NCBI RefSeq assembly: GCF_964204645.1
Contig: NC_134027.1
Location: 16,090,485-16,154,484 of the forward strand
Length of the DNA stretch: 64,000 bases
Direction of reading: 5' to 3'
Source of the DNA: Tubulanus polymorphus
Lineage: Eukaryota; Animalia; Nemertea
Positions within the stretch are counted from its first letter, which is position 1. Each line of letters begins with the position of its first letter. Shown here piece after piece: positions 1-11,489 of the stretch. Made by a program: the position numbers and the translations under genes. The notes beneath the pieces are model-generated. The model did no database searches. It worked only from the letters and a program-made list of their open reading frames with translations, and had not been told where the DNA came from.

Positions 1-7
1 ACAACAA

Positions 8-1396
8 TTGATTTTTGCTACTCACGACATTGAAGCTTCTGAATTGGTCGACAGTAACGTACCCATAGACAAAACCATCGACAAATTCACAAACTCTATC
101 CCTCCACCACAGCCACCGCTGAGTGAAAATGAAGAACAGGTTATAGTGCTCAATGGCATAAGTGAGAAGCAACTTTTACAAGTTATTGAACAGGTAGTCG
201 CAAGAAATCAACCGACAGCGCCACAGCCATCCACCTCTACCCCACAACCATCCACATCTACCGCCTCACAACCAGAAGAACGACGTCCATCACCCCCACC
301 ACCAAAAGAGCCAGAGCCAGAAGATCAGCCATCTGCACAAGTCGTGAAAACATCGAAAATGATTGACCGTGTGATACTGGAAACTTCAAAATTACCCATG
401 GTAAATATAAACGAAGAAACGCATCCGGGGCACCCAAAACAACCGCCTTTAGTCCATCCGTTTGTGTCAAAAACACCGAAGCCAGCACCTGTACCTATAC
501 CCACACCACCCGATCCACAAGTTGTGCAGCCACCAGATCAGGGTGCAAACAAATTGATCGATTCTGTGCGAACAAGTGTATTGGACGGGTCGCTAGTACA
601 ACAAGTAGAATCGGGAGCAGCTGTGATTGCTGAAATTAAAAAAAGTGTGGATATGTGGAATAAAGAAAATCCTGTCGGAGTTGAAATGAGACTGTTGCTA
701 CAAGAACTGTTAGACGAACGAAATGTGGTCAGAGACAATGTCGAAGGAATAACGGAATTACTTAAAGGATTTCCAAAACCCGGACCTATGAAACCAAGAA
801 ACGAAATTGACGTGCCCACTAATTTGGAATTACCCAGCGATACAAAAAAGTTAGACAGTTATGTAGAAGATTTAATGACAAAGTCAAACACGTTTGTGCC
901 GACATCGCGCCAAAATGCTCTATCGTCAAAATTGGTCGAGCAAAAAAGAGACGAGTTTCAGGATTTAGAAAACGATCTAAATCAAGAGTATGACTACGAT
1001 TATTCGGATGTATACGGAACGGTAGAGTTCAGAGATGACCCTCCTCCAATACAATTGGTGAGCACACCAAAAAAGAAATTATCAATTCCACCAAGAGAAA
1101 TCAAAAATACTCCACCGTTAAGAACTGATCTATTTGAGGGAGAAGAAAAAGTAGATATTTCAGTAATAGAAAAGGAGAAAAAAACAGACGACCCAAAATC
1201 GCCAAAATCACCAAGGTTAAAAAGCTGGGAATCGGACCGAGAATCTGTTACATCAAGCAGCGAGAGTGAATATTCAGAGGAGTCGGAATCGGACAGTGAA
1301 AAGGATGATGAATTAAAGTTAGAGATAGAGTTAGAAGTTAATCGCTTTCAATATCTATCAGAAATGTTACACGAGTTAAGTTTTACGGGTAGATAA
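8..1396 (+). CDS. Pro/Ser/Glu-rich hypothetical viral protein, probably 5'-partial
   Basis: 462-aa ORF from the window edge with a TTG start; low-complexity, acidic C-terminus; no recognisable domain. Confidence 0.65.
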   Translation: MIFATHDIEASELVDSNVPIDKTIDKFTNSIPPPQPPLSENEEQVIVLNGISEKQLLQVIEQVVARNQPTAPQPSTSTPQPSTSTASQPEERRPSPPPPKEPEPEDQPSAQVVKTSKMIDRVILETSKLPMVNINEETHPGHPKQPPLVHPFVSKTPKPAPVPIPTPPDPQVVQPPDQGANKLIDSVRTSVLDGSLVQQVESGAAVIAEIKKSVDMWNKENPVGVEMRLLLQELLDERNVVRDNVEGITELLKGFPKPGPMKPRNEIDVPTNLELPSDTKKLDSYVEDLMTKSNTFVPTSRQNALSSKLVEQKRDEFQDLENDLNQEYDYDYSDVYGTVEFRDDPPPIQLVSTPKKKLSIPPREIKNTPPLRTDLFEGEEKVDISVIEKEKKTDDPKSPKSPRLKSWESDRESVTSSSESEYSEESESDSEKDDELKLEIELEVNRFQYLSEMLHELSFTGR

Positions 1397-1415
1397 TTTT
1401 TGTTACCTTTTTTAT

Positions 1416-1446
1416 GGTGAGGAAAAATCGTATAAAAGGCCAAGTC
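1416..1446 (+). promoter_or_regulatory. Putative promoter GGTGAGGAAAAA...TATAAAA..CCAAGTC
   Basis: TATAAAA at 1431 upstream of ORF 1503; same three elements recur at 19390-19440 upstream of ORF 19527. Confidence 0.5.
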
Positions 1447-1502
1447 AGTAGAAACATTTTGTCAGAACACTGTCTGCCGCCAAGAGGTGAGTTCTGAAGA
1501 TA

Positions 1503-2144
1503 TTGGTGAAAGAGTTACGAAAAAATATCATGTTTTCCTCACCACCTCCGTCGCAGTTTCCAAATCCTACCCCGATAAAAGAAAAACGTAAACGGATGAT
1601 GCAACAAAATATGGCTACCCGTCGCTGCTCTGGTAACATGCTCTTGGATCGAACACGCTCCATCATAAACAGGGCCGTAAAACGACCAGCTGATGAAGTT
1701 GGTACTTGTCCCGTGAAAAGAAAGGTATTGAAACCGTTGCTGTTATTCCCAACTCCAGAAATAAAAATACCTAGATCTGTATGGCAATCTCTTCGCAAGG
1801 GACGACGTAACAGTCAATTTGCTATATGTTGGAGGACAATGTTACTTGAAATCACGAAACTCAAATGTACCCAATACGTTAATCAACAAAAAGGGAAAAC
1901 AACAAAGACCGTGTTCTCTTACCTGTGCACTTGTGACTTTCACACAACTCAACTCAATGAACTTATAGGGGCAATGAAAAAACTAATGTCGACAATATCA
2001 TCGGACATGTTCATGAACAATATTGCCTTTGTCTATGTTACGAAAAAACCCGTAGCCTCCAGTCATTATGTCAAATTGAAACTTCACAACTATACACTGT
2101 CTAGTGTATGTCACGATATACCCGTAATGCTAGACTCTGAGTAG
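1503..2144 (+). CDS. Basic hypothetical protein (likely ATG 1530)
   Basis: 213-aa ORF downstream of a TATA box; NLS-like basic stretches. Confidence 0.65.
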   Translation: MVKELRKNIMFSSPPPSQFPNPTPIKEKRKRMMQQNMATRRCSGNMLLDRTRSIINRAVKRPADEVGTCPVKRKVLKPLLLFPTPEIKIPRSVWQSLRKGRRNSQFAICWRTMLLEITKLKCTQYVNQQKGKTTKTVFSYLCTCDFHTTQLNELIGAMKKLMSTISSDMFMNNIAFVYVTKKPVASSHYVKLKLHNYTLSSVCHDIPVMLDSE

Positions 2145-2216
2145 ATAAATTTCGTAGATGGACTTGCTCCGTTCAGCTGCCCAAGTGACAATCAGGAGGT
2201 CGACGATGAGTCTGAC

Positions 2217-3276
2217 GGTGACAGGTCAAAACGTCCTCATGTCAAAAAGTCATCAGTTTGTTGGTCAAAACGTCCTCAGTTTGTTGGTCAAAACGTCCTC
2301 AAGTCAAAACGTCCTCACCTTGTTCAAAGAACTCATTGATATCTTACGATTGTATCTTTATTTCAAGAATAAACAGATAAAGAACAACCTAAAATAGTCC
2401 TAAAACTTCATACTGCTTTTTATCAATGCAAAAAAACGTCTATTTGAATATATAGATGTTGAAAAATCTATAACCAATGTGACATGGAATTGAGTTGAAG
2501 TCGAGATGGTAATTGCTAATTAATGCAATTACTGTATATATAGAAATGCATAGATCAAAGTCATAATTAATTTCGGGCAATTGGTCTTCTAATTGAAGCA
2601 AACCAGTGAGCTTTTATTTCTGATCATTCATATGTCACATTTTTCAATTTGGTTCTCTTTGATCAAGGAAATCAAAGCAAATTGCTGATAGGCATCAAAC
2701 ATGGTCTCAATTAACAGGCAAATTAGTAATTACCCAAACCATCTCGACTTTAACTCACTTCTGTGTCAAAATCTATTACACTTAATTTATATTTTACATC
2801 AATGATTTTAAGAATTCATGAAGTTTATGAACAAAATATATGGTTAGTACTTAGGATAGGGAGACGCGAGTGCGCCCTAAGCCTAGTAACAAGATCCTGG
2901 GTTTCTCCCGAGATTGATATGTCGCCGACCATCATCATCCATATCTGGAAGTAACTAAGTTTTAGTCAACTACCCTGTATATTCACAGTGGTAAGAAACA
3001 GATGCTTGTCAGGGGAGCAAACCACAATGATGAAGACCTAACTAAGAAAAGTGGCAGTTATAAACTAAAAATAATAATAACAAATATATCTACTTGACTT
3101 GATATTAGTGAGGACGTTTTGACATAAGGACGTTGTGACCTGAGGACGTTTTGCCCTGAGGACGTTTTGACTTGAGGACGTTTTGACTGAGGACGTTTTG
3201 ACCTGAGGACGTTTTGACCTGAGGACGTTTTGACCTGAGGACGTTTTGACTTGAGGACGTTATGACCGTAATTCAC
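2217..3276. mobile_element. Non-autonomous foldback/MITE-like insertion with inverted subterminal arrays
   Basis: GGTCAAAACGTCCTC copies at 2225-2316 face GAGGACGTTTTGACC copies at 3110-3268; flanked by TCTGAC at 2211-2216 and 3277-3282; removal restores a minus-strand frame (EMETVR-LIVDLL). Confidence 0.6.
3110..3268 (+). repeat. ~16-bp tandem array (GAGGACGTTTTGACCT)
   Basis: About 10 consecutive near-identical units read directly. Confidence 0.9.
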
Positions 3277-3703
3277 TCTGACTGTCTCCATTTCCACACA
3301 GAAAATAATGCTTTCGGCCTTGTCTAGTTGCTGCATGACCCATGGGTAGAGCTGGGGCCTCAGCCAACGTGGTCACATCTCCGTACTCTTTCGTCAACAC
3401 AACACGGTAAATGTACCACATATTTGAGTCCTTGCAATAAGCATTGGTTGATTGAGGTTTAACATTGGTGACTGTTATAACGCGAACAAAAGTATTAACT
3501 CAAGACGACAAGTCCCCATTATCCTCCGCTCTCCTCTTCAATTCTGCTCGCAATCTTTTGATCAAGTGCTGGTAGTATAAGTAATCTTGGTCTAGCATTC
3601 TACTGGTATCCAATACCCTAGTTGTGAAAACTTGACGTTTGCGAGTCTCCCGGGTCAACCTGGTGATAGTTGATGATTCTGTTACTTTGTCTCCTTTGCA
3701 AAT

Positions 3704-4468
3704 TTGGATGTCGGTGTAAAAATCCGGTTTACCCGGGAAATCGGTGAACGCGAAACCGAAACTAAAAATCTAAAAAGGGAATTTAATACTATAACACCAG
3801 AAATCGATAGACTCAAAGTACAAGAGGTCGCCTTGTTGCGCGAAGAAAATGAACTTCGTATATCTAACGAAGCTTTACTTATAGATAAAGTTAACAAATT
3901 GAATGATTTGATTACTGCTAGTACGGCTGCATCAACGGTCACCGAAGAAGTTGAAAATTTAAAAACATTACAAACACATCTCACCGAAGAGTTGTCTACA
4001 TTGGAAAATACAAAAACCAAACAAATAGCCGATAATGTGAAAATTGAAAATGACCAACAATCATTAGATAGGAAAATGACAGAGATGAGTCGTGAAAATG
4101 TTGTTTTGGGCGATAGAGTAACTTCATTGCGGGAGGAGATAGAAACGTCTGCGGAAAATATCAAACGACTGAGAAACATAAGACACAATTTGTTGATGGA
4201 AAATGAACGGATAAAAAATTGCGAGAATGACAATTCCGCTGGCAACTCGGACAAATCAAAATGTTCAAACACCGACAATGTTGGCGTTCATAGTGAAATT
4301 TGCAAAGATGAAATTCTTCCATTGCACGAATATCAATTATTGTACCAGAAACACATCCATGGTGGTGGTGATTTTATGAACATGGAATATTCCACTCTTC
4401 AATCACGACTCGTAGTTGCAATATCTCTAACATTATACACAATACTTTTGGTAGCCATGATAAAATAA
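3704..4468 (+). CDS. Coiled-coil protein with C-terminal hydrophobic anchor; start uncertain
   Basis: E/K/L heptad-like body, terminal LVVAISLTLYTILLVAMIK; non-ATG start, so possibly 5'-truncated. Confidence 0.5.
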   Translation: MDVGVKIRFTREIGERETETKNLKREFNTITPEIDRLKVQEVALLREENELRISNEALLIDKVNKLNDLITASTAASTVTEEVENLKTLQTHLTEELSTLENTKTKQIADNVKIENDQQSLDRKMTEMSRENVVLGDRVTSLREEIETSAENIKRLRNIRHNLLMENERIKNCENDNSAGNSDKSKCSNTDNVGVHSEICKDEILPLHEYQLLYQKHIHGGGDFMNMEYSTLQSRLVVAISLTLYTILLVAMIK

Positions 4469-4559
4469 TACCCTCACTAAAATTATATTAGCCACAGCCC
4501 AAAATACTGTATTTAACCCATACCGCATCGAGTATCTCTGTACCCAGACTTTATACACC

Positions 4560-7500
4560 ATGTTCGTGCCACCAACACAGACATGGCTCTCGGGCGGATC
4601 CATTGGCAGCTACCCGAACGAAGATCTGGCCACTAACGCCACCGAACCGATGTCCTACATGGTTGTGATGGGAGAAAAATGTTTCATCAACAAAGAAAAA
4701 AACAAGAAACCCTTTCCGATTAACATGATGGACATGTTAGAAACCAGTAACATACAGCTTAAACTCAGACCACTAGGCGCGAATGACATAGACATCGCAA
4801 ATACAAAGTTTTGCGATTATATGGCACACAGGGGCGGTGTGAGTTCGGTGTATAGCGACATGACGGTTTTTCCGTTAGAAGTACTCGACGACATCTTATT
4901 GTCACTAAATAACCGAGAAGACTTTGAAACTGGTCAAAGTCCGTTGTTTGACTTTACCTACACAGCTATAACGAAAAACAAAAACGTCTACATGAAAACA
5001 CCAGCAGGCTTTAGTTTCCCAATAGAATCACCACTGGATAAAATAAAAGAATGCATTACACCGATTGGTATTGCTGCGCTGAACAGGAATGAAATGATGC
5101 CCATACCCGGCAACAATACAATTCAAACGAGAATATACGCTCACGGCCCAGTGAAAGACGTCCGAAACACGCCGATCAGAATACAAGACAGTAGATTACT
5201 TGGGCGAGAAAAACTGCTAACCAACAACTGCTATCTCTACATGTGTATTGCGCCGTACCCAGACGTTGTCGTTGATAATTCAAAACCCGTAGCAAAAATT
5301 AATCAGCGAAAAGCACCCATGCGCAAAAGATTGAACAAATTCAAGTTCGAGGGCAAGGAAGATGCCGGCTGGCACAGTAGAGTTATTAAAGATACCAAGG
5401 AAACTGTCTACGAGAGTTCATATGTAACCGTGTTTGTGTTGGAACCAGAATCTAACAACATACAGGCAGTGGAACGTCAGATTATCCAAAGATGCATCAA
5501 CAACGGTCCCAAGCACAAAGACAAGATTCAAATGAATCAAATCTTAACTATACCCATAGGTAGTGTGCCCGTTACGACAGATTCATTAAAGGTATTCAAC
5601 TGCAACGGTAAACGAATGGTACAAATACCATCTTACTACGTTGACATAGGAGAAGACTGGAAATCTCGTTCGTTTACCAACCCAACAGAGCTGAGTGGCT
5701 ATGGTGCTTACACTTTACCCGATTCAGGCAGTGGAGGTGGTGTTACCGGTGCCGGCAGTAGCTCGGTACCATCATCGAGTGGAGCAACCAAGAGAAAAAT
5801 TGACGCTACTCTATTCCCACCAAAAAGTAGCAGCTCCACTATAAGCAGCAGCAGCAGCAGCAGCGGTAGAGGCAGCAGTGGCAGAGCACCACCACCGTCC
5901 ATGTTTATGCCTAGTTACCCAGGATATTATCCAAATATATTCGGCGGTGAAACAGATCCTGACGCCATGTCATTTGGCATGCCTTACAAATCCAAGGCCA
6001 AGAAACTAGACACATTAGTCGATGAGCGAGAAACGTTGTTTCGACGACTAGAAACACCGACAGTGGTTAACTACGACGATCACGTTTCGAATATATTGTC
6101 TGGTAGAACGGCCAGTGGTGGAACATCGTCCAGCTCTGGTACTATAGCCTCACCCAGTTCACTGTCCGAAAGTACAGATGTTTTACATTTGGTGAAATCT
6201 ATACTTTTACAAAAGGACGAACTGTTGATAGACACAAACAGTATACCCAAAACGATCATTGATGAAATAATATACGACGAGGACGAGAATAAAGAATATG
6301 AATACAATAAGCCCATATTGAATATGGTAGGAGACGCAAACAAATTTATCCAAATTCTAGCTGAAAACACTCATAGTTACAGAAGGGTTGAAGAAGAAGG
6401 AATTTTGGGCATTTCGTCTGGAGTCGAAGACGAGATTCGCAATGTTGAGAGCTATGAAGTGCCGGCGGTTAATAAAATAACAACTGAGGTAAAGGCAATC
6501 ATTGAAACGATGCACAAGTCCGCGGTGGAAATAATAAAACAATACGTGGTTCATATGTACGATAACACACTACGTATACGCAAAGTTACCCTCGAAAATA
6601 TCGAAAATTATAAAAAGTTAAAGGAACAACGCATGGAGCTCATATTCAAAAACATGCTACAAAAATTATCAGAACTAAAGGAACTTGAGAAGAAAAATAA
6701 CTCTGACCCATCTAGAATAAGGGCATTGAAAGACGAGCTCGAAGATATTTTCCCAAAACTAAAGGAGAAAACAGAAGAATTGGAAGAACAAGAAAAAGCG
6801 TTGATTCTACAAGTGCGTGGGAAAGTACAACGTATATACGAGGAAGCAAGAGAAGAAATGGACCGCATGACTAGTGATTATCAAACAAAAATGTTAACTC
6901 ATCGTTGCAAGGTCGATACTTTACTACGAGACGCCCACCAACAAGTTGCCGAACACAGAGACAAGTTGTGGAATACTATGCGAGAAGAAGAGGAACGAAA
7001 ACTCGCTGAATACACAAAGACAAAAATGCCGTTCGGGTATTGGTCGTCTAGTTTTGGCAGACGAAGTCCAAGTCCAAGTGCTAAAACTTCTAGTCCGAGT
7101 ACATCGCGATCCAGTAACCCGTCACCAAAATCAAAAACCCCTTCGCCTCATGCTTCACCCAGTAAAACATCAGTAACTAAATCTAACATAGTAGTCATGC
7201 CCCAAGAAGATCTAAGTGCAGGTGGTAGTGCTAGTAGTGTCGTCAGCGGGGAAGAGAAAGTTGTAAATTTACCACCGCGTCCCGAACCAACTGTTACCAC
7301 TGAAAAGACGCCAGCTCCCGCTGCAGAAACAGAGAAGGAAAAAACAGTAACACCTAGTGCCACTCTAGAGGTTTCCGAAGATGAAGGTGAACAACAAGCT
7401 GAAATATCCACTGGTGCTGGGGCCGGAACGTCTGAAGAAGATCCTGTTTTAGATACAGAAACAGCAGATGACCGACCAAAACAGACACATAGTTCATTAG

Positions 7501-7634
7501 CTACGAAAGGCAGTAGCAGGAGTCGTGGCGGAGACAGATCATCGGAGAAGGGGCATCGTTCAAAATCCAGATCTAAGAAAAAAAATACCAACACCGGTAA
7601 CATAGATGTACTGTTTTCAGAGCACTTGGAGTGA
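4560..7634 (+). CDS. Large hypothetical viral protein (globular N-half, Ser-rich linker, coiled coil, disordered tail)
   Basis: 1024-aa uninterrupted ORF. Confidence 0.85.
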   Translation: MFVPPTQTWLSGGSIGSYPNEDLATNATEPMSYMVVMGEKCFINKEKNKKPFPINMMDMLETSNIQLKLRPLGANDIDIANTKFCDYMAHRGGVSSVYSDMTVFPLEVLDDILLSLNNREDFETGQSPLFDFTYTAITKNKNVYMKTPAGFSFPIESPLDKIKECITPIGIAALNRNEMMPIPGNNTIQTRIYAHGPVKDVRNTPIRIQDSRLLGREKLLTNNCYLYMCIAPYPDVVVDNSKPVAKINQRKAPMRKRLNKFKFEGKEDAGWHSRVIKDTKETVYESSYVTVFVLEPESNNIQAVERQIIQRCINNGPKHKDKIQMNQILTIPIGSVPVTTDSLKVFNCNGKRMVQIPSYYVDIGEDWKSRSFTNPTELSGYGAYTLPDSGSGGGVTGAGSSSVPSSSGATKRKIDATLFPPKSSSSTISSSSSSSGRGSSGRAPPPSMFMPSYPGYYPNIFGGETDPDAMSFGMPYKSKAKKLDTLVDERETLFRRLETPTVVNYDDHVSNILSGRTASGGTSSSSGTIASPSSLSESTDVLHLVKSILLQKDELLIDTNSIPKTIIDEIIYDEDENKEYEYNKPILNMVGDANKFIQILAENTHSYRRVEEEGILGISSGVEDEIRNVESYEVPAVNKITTEVKAIIETMHKSAVEIIKQYVVHMYDNTLRIRKVTLENIENYKKLKEQRMELIFKNMLQKLSELKELEKKNNSDPSRIRALKDELEDIFPKLKEKTEELEEQEKALILQVRGKVQRIYEEAREEMDRMTSDYQTKMLTHRCKVDTLLRDAHQQVAEHRDKLWNTMREEEERKLAEYTKTKMPFGYWSSSFGRRSPSPSAKTSSPSTSRSSNPSPKSKTPSPHASPSKTSVTKSNIVVMPQEDLSAGGSASSVVSGEEKVVNLPPRPEPTVTTEKTPAPAAETEKEKTVTPSATLEVSEDEGEQQAEISTGAGAGTSEEDPVLDTETADDRPKQTHSSLATKGSSRSRGGDRSSEKGHRSKSRSKKKNTNTGNIDVLFSEHLE

Positions 7635-7757
7635 AACATAAAAATATAACTTTTGTACAAATTTCTAACATCATCAAAAAGTCCGAAAATATTTAGTTAC
7701 CCATTTATCGGACTTTAATATAAAAGCATTGGAACGCAGTGTTCGCTTTATTCTGAT

Positions 7758-10058
7758 TTGCGTGCCAGACAGGACAAAGTGCCATTTCTAAAAATGGCAA
7801 AGGCTGCTGCTAAAAATACCACCAAATCTTCGCCCGCCTCGGGTCCGAAAAAGAACAATGCGAAGAAAAATAACGTACCCAAAAAACAGCCTGTGCCAAA
7901 TGTAACCAAGAAAAAAATACTTACTCCTATACCTCAACCATTGGTTACTAAAATTTCACCCGATGAAGCTATTGCTGCAAATAGCAACTTTCCCCACAAC
8001 ACCTTAAATAAATCACGACATCTTACCCTGTTTGGTAGACTTAGAGAAACGTTGCGATTATGCGTGTTAGAATATATTAAAGAACCGTCGTCGTACAACT
8101 CTACCATCGATAGAGAAAAAACACGACAACTGTGCGATCAAGATAGAGTATGGCGAGCATATCACGAATGTACCCTGCACAATCAAGGTTTTTGTAATTG
8201 GACGAAAACCAATTTATTCGTTGAAGGTAGAGATGTGGCTTCTTATGCTGACCCAAATGTCATAGAACGAACATGGTCAACTCTTATGGGTCCACAGACA
8301 TGGCTTCAGACACTAAGTTTTGGATCTGATATAAGAGCCATGTCGGATAATGATTGTTTGGTGGACAACGATGATTGTTTGGCGAACGACGAGGGATTTT
8401 TGTCTCATGTCAAGGCAAAGATAGAAAAAATCGAAGGTGGGCTTATAGAAAGTTGTGTGGCGATACAGAATGATATTGGCAACGATCATTTCATTACGAA
8501 CGATGCAGCTAAAGCCGGAACATACTTTCATGCCCTCGCGTTTGACTATCTATTTGGACAAGTTGTTGATCATTTGGTGAAAAATCCAAAAAACAAAACT
8601 CTACATGCCCATCTCAGTGGTAGATATCTCAACAACAATTTACCCTTTATGACGAGCACTCCCGACGGCGATATAACTTATGAAGAAGATCCTGAAAAAT
8701 ACATGAACGACATGTGTCAATTTAGCGATTCCGTTCTCAACAAATACGCTTACATACCCACGGATCGAGACAGTGACGGAGATATGGTGATGACGGCAGA
8801 TGACGACCTATTTGCTTGTACCCAAGCGCCATCAGTAACTCAACACCACAAAACATCAACTGCCGTCGCCGATCATTCCATCTTGGAAAATCCTTGTCTG
8901 GCTGTGTTTGAGTTGAAAACTTTTGGAAATCCTACTATATCGGTCGAAGAAATGCAATCGGTCATGGACACAACGGACAAGGAAACTAGAAGACAAATGT
9001 TGGTCGATATGACGATAGAAAAATTGCAATCTTGCGACAAGCTTGTACAAAAACCCAAAGTGCGTGGAGGGTCATTTACAGGATACGCAAAAAAATACAG
9101 GTATCTAGCTGCCGAACATTTACAAAACGAACCGTTCGAAACTGAAAAATTTCCCAAAGACAAGTTCCCACTGTCGTTTAGCATCACACCAGAAGAATCT
9201 CAGTGTCCGTGTGTTGATGAAGCCAAGTCTACCTGTCATCTCGACAAAAGCAAGGGATACGATCCGAACTTCTACACTCACTCTAAACACGTTATACCCA
9301 AACATGGCAAGGCTATGTTGATATTGTTCGATGTCGATTCCCTCGAAAATAAACCCATCCTCATAGAGGTTTTTGACAAGGCACCCATACTAGTATCCCC
9401 ACAAGGAACTTTTGGAATGCAGATGTTAGAACAGGCTGTGGTCGTAAATATGATAGAGCCACAATCAGTTCACGTTGCACTCATAAAGGCAGAAAAGGAA
9501 AACTTAGACGAGATGCCCGAAGACCAAAGATGGAGAGCTGTTAACCGAATGGGACTTGCTTATGCTGTGGTGGAGGAATTTCCCACTTACACCATGGAAC
9601 GCATGCAACGTCTACTGATCGAACAAATGGCAAAGTTTTACGGCTCAGATACCACTGGTACCGAATTACCCGAAATGTATTATGTGCGATCATTTTTCGA
9701 ATCCAGAGTGAAGCGGGATAGAGAAGATGTGAAAAATTATCGCCAAAAGAACATAACATCTAAAAAGAGACCGCTCGGGGACATTACAAATTCATGTCAC
9801 TCCACTGCTCCCGATGAAATTTTCTACCCAATGACAAAGACACGATGCGTTTCCAAGTCAAAGTCTGGACTCAATTTTATTCAGTGCACCAACGAAGTTC
9901 ATCTACCGCCGGAATATCTAAAACATAAATGTAATCCGGCTGTAAAATTTGAAATGATCGATGTTCGTCTAGAGTCGGATAAACCCGTGGAAGAAGTGAC
10001 TCTGTTCGATTGGGAAGAAGACGTTTCGGATTCAGAACTATTGAGTATTGAAATTTGA
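7758..10058 (+). CDS. PD-(D/E)xK nuclease, viral alkaline-exonuclease/YqaJ-like (likely ATG 7794)
   Basis: Motif II FMTSTPDG and motif III AVFELKT, upstream AGTYFH helix; same motifs conserved in the paralog at 49548-50945; TATAAAA at ~7720. Confidence 0.7.
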   Translation: MRARQDKVPFLKMAKAAAKNTTKSSPASGPKKNNAKKNNVPKKQPVPNVTKKKILTPIPQPLVTKISPDEAIAANSNFPHNTLNKSRHLTLFGRLRETLRLCVLEYIKEPSSYNSTIDREKTRQLCDQDRVWRAYHECTLHNQGFCNWTKTNLFVEGRDVASYADPNVIERTWSTLMGPQTWLQTLSFGSDIRAMSDNDCLVDNDDCLANDEGFLSHVKAKIEKIEGGLIESCVAIQNDIGNDHFITNDAAKAGTYFHALAFDYLFGQVVDHLVKNPKNKTLHAHLSGRYLNNNLPFMTSTPDGDITYEEDPEKYMNDMCQFSDSVLNKYAYIPTDRDSDGDMVMTADDDLFACTQAPSVTQHHKTSTAVADHSILENPCLAVFELKTFGNPTISVEEMQSVMDTTDKETRRQMLVDMTIEKLQSCDKLVQKPKVRGGSFTGYAKKYRYLAAEHLQNEPFETEKFPKDKFPLSFSITPEESQCPCVDEAKSTCHLDKSKGYDPNFYTHSKHVIPKHGKAMLILFDVDSLENKPILIEVFDKAPILVSPQGTFGMQMLEQAVVVNMIEPQSVHVALIKAEKENLDEMPEDQRWRAVNRMGLAYAVVEEFPTYTMERMQRLLIEQMAKFYGSDTTGTELPEMYYVRSFFESRVKRDREDVKNYRQKNITSKKRPLGDITNSCHSTAPDEIFYPMTKTRCVSKSKSGLNFIQCTNEVHLPPEYLKHKCNPAVKFEMIDVRLESDKPVEEVTLFDWEEDVSDSELLSIEI

Positions 10059-10182
10059 AAATATTGTATTTGTATTCATAAAACTTTTGTAACGAAAATA
10101 ATTACCAATATAAATAAAAATAATGCCACACATACGGCACATATTATAATAATCGCAGTTGTTGAAAGTCCTTTATTTTTTA

Positions 10183-11053
10183 TCAAACTCTGAACAAATA
10201 AAGTACGAGTCTCCTAGTGAAACAGAAGAAGAGGAGGAAGAAGAAGAAGAAAGTGAACAAGAGTGAGAGATTAAACATTGAACCATTACGACAACTTTGC
10301 GTTTGGGTAAAGCTTTGCGTTTGGATGCCTGCTTGCTTGTAGATTTTCTTGCGGCGATCGGGGTAGCTTTTTCGGCCGTAGATTTCTTGGCAGTTGGTGT
10401 AGCCTTCGGGGTAGACAGTAGCTGAAGTTGACGGTATGGGTTTTGTAGGTATTTGTTTGGGTAAAATTATAATCTTGTCAATTCTATTCCACTCAGCGTT
10501 TATCATTGCATACCATTTTTCTCTCTCCAAACGTTCTTGTTCCCGTTCGCGTTCTTTTTCCTTCCGTTCTTCAGCCAAATGGCTAAGGAATCCGGTTAAC
10601 AAGGACCCAAAGGCCTCTGTGCCATTTCCTTTATTAAGTGGCATGATTGCCTGTTCTCTGTGCGAGATGTCGTGATGGTCTTGGAGCGAATGTCTTTTTC
10701 TCTTTTGGAATTGGTTTAACCGGGTCGAGTGCTGTCGTTGACTTGAACTCAGTCGTAATGCCCAAAGCAGCACACATCTGAACAACCCGTGGGTTGTGTT
10801 GCCACTTTTCTATGTTATTCTCGATCACTTTCAGAATACCAGCGCCGTTTACCATGGTTAGATAATGTTGGCCCACCACAGCTTTCATTTTATACTCATC
10901 GGGCTCACTAGCAAAGGTCGGTTCCCCTCTGTCTCTAGTAGTATACTTCTTCAACATCTTTAGAACAGATACACCAGAAATGTAGCAGCCGTTGTCTGTC
11001 CATATTCCGTTGATCTTCACGTCCATTATATCCATGGGTAGAGTTTTCTGCAC
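10183..11053 (-). pseudogene. Hypothetical gene split over two overlapping frames (10634-11053 and 10183-10785)
   Basis: KINGIWTDNGCYISGVSVLKMLKKY...MVNGAG matches ORF 34029-34370; downstream frame carries a charged coiled stretch, suggesting a frameshift. Confidence 0.5.
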
Positions 11054-11143
11054 ATATGTATTTGTAATCTCTGAAAAAAAATATAAAAATATGTGAAAAT
11101 AAATGTGTTTTGAAAACCATCATCCGACCCAAAGAAACTATTG

Positions 11144-11248
11144 TCCCGGCCATGGAAACCATGGTCTGGTTTAAATAAACCACTATCCCGGCCAATGGAA
11201 ACCATGGTCTGGTTCAAAGAAACCACTATCCCGGCCAATGGAAACCAT
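11144..11248. repeat. ~43-bp tandem repeat, about 2.5 copies
   Basis: CCCGGCCAATGGAAACCATGGTCTGGTT repeated. Confidence 0.85.
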
Positions 11249-11489
11249 TTGTCATTAGTTCCATGAGTTCGTTTGGAGCATCAATACCTGTCCATAATTG
11301 TCTCAATCTGACAATTTCTCGTATTGAATGAACAGCCATTGGGTCAACTGCCATGGTTGAAAGTTTGAGTGTGAATGAACAGAATGGACTACTGGTACTG
11401 AGTGAAATAAATATTTCCTAACTAACAAATTATAACACGAGTATAAAAACAAACAACGGTCACTTTTTACTTTCAATCAGACTCTACAA

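Noticed and set aside
2158-3336. ORFs 2158-2397 and 3058-3336
   Set aside because: Mostly translations of the tandem arrays
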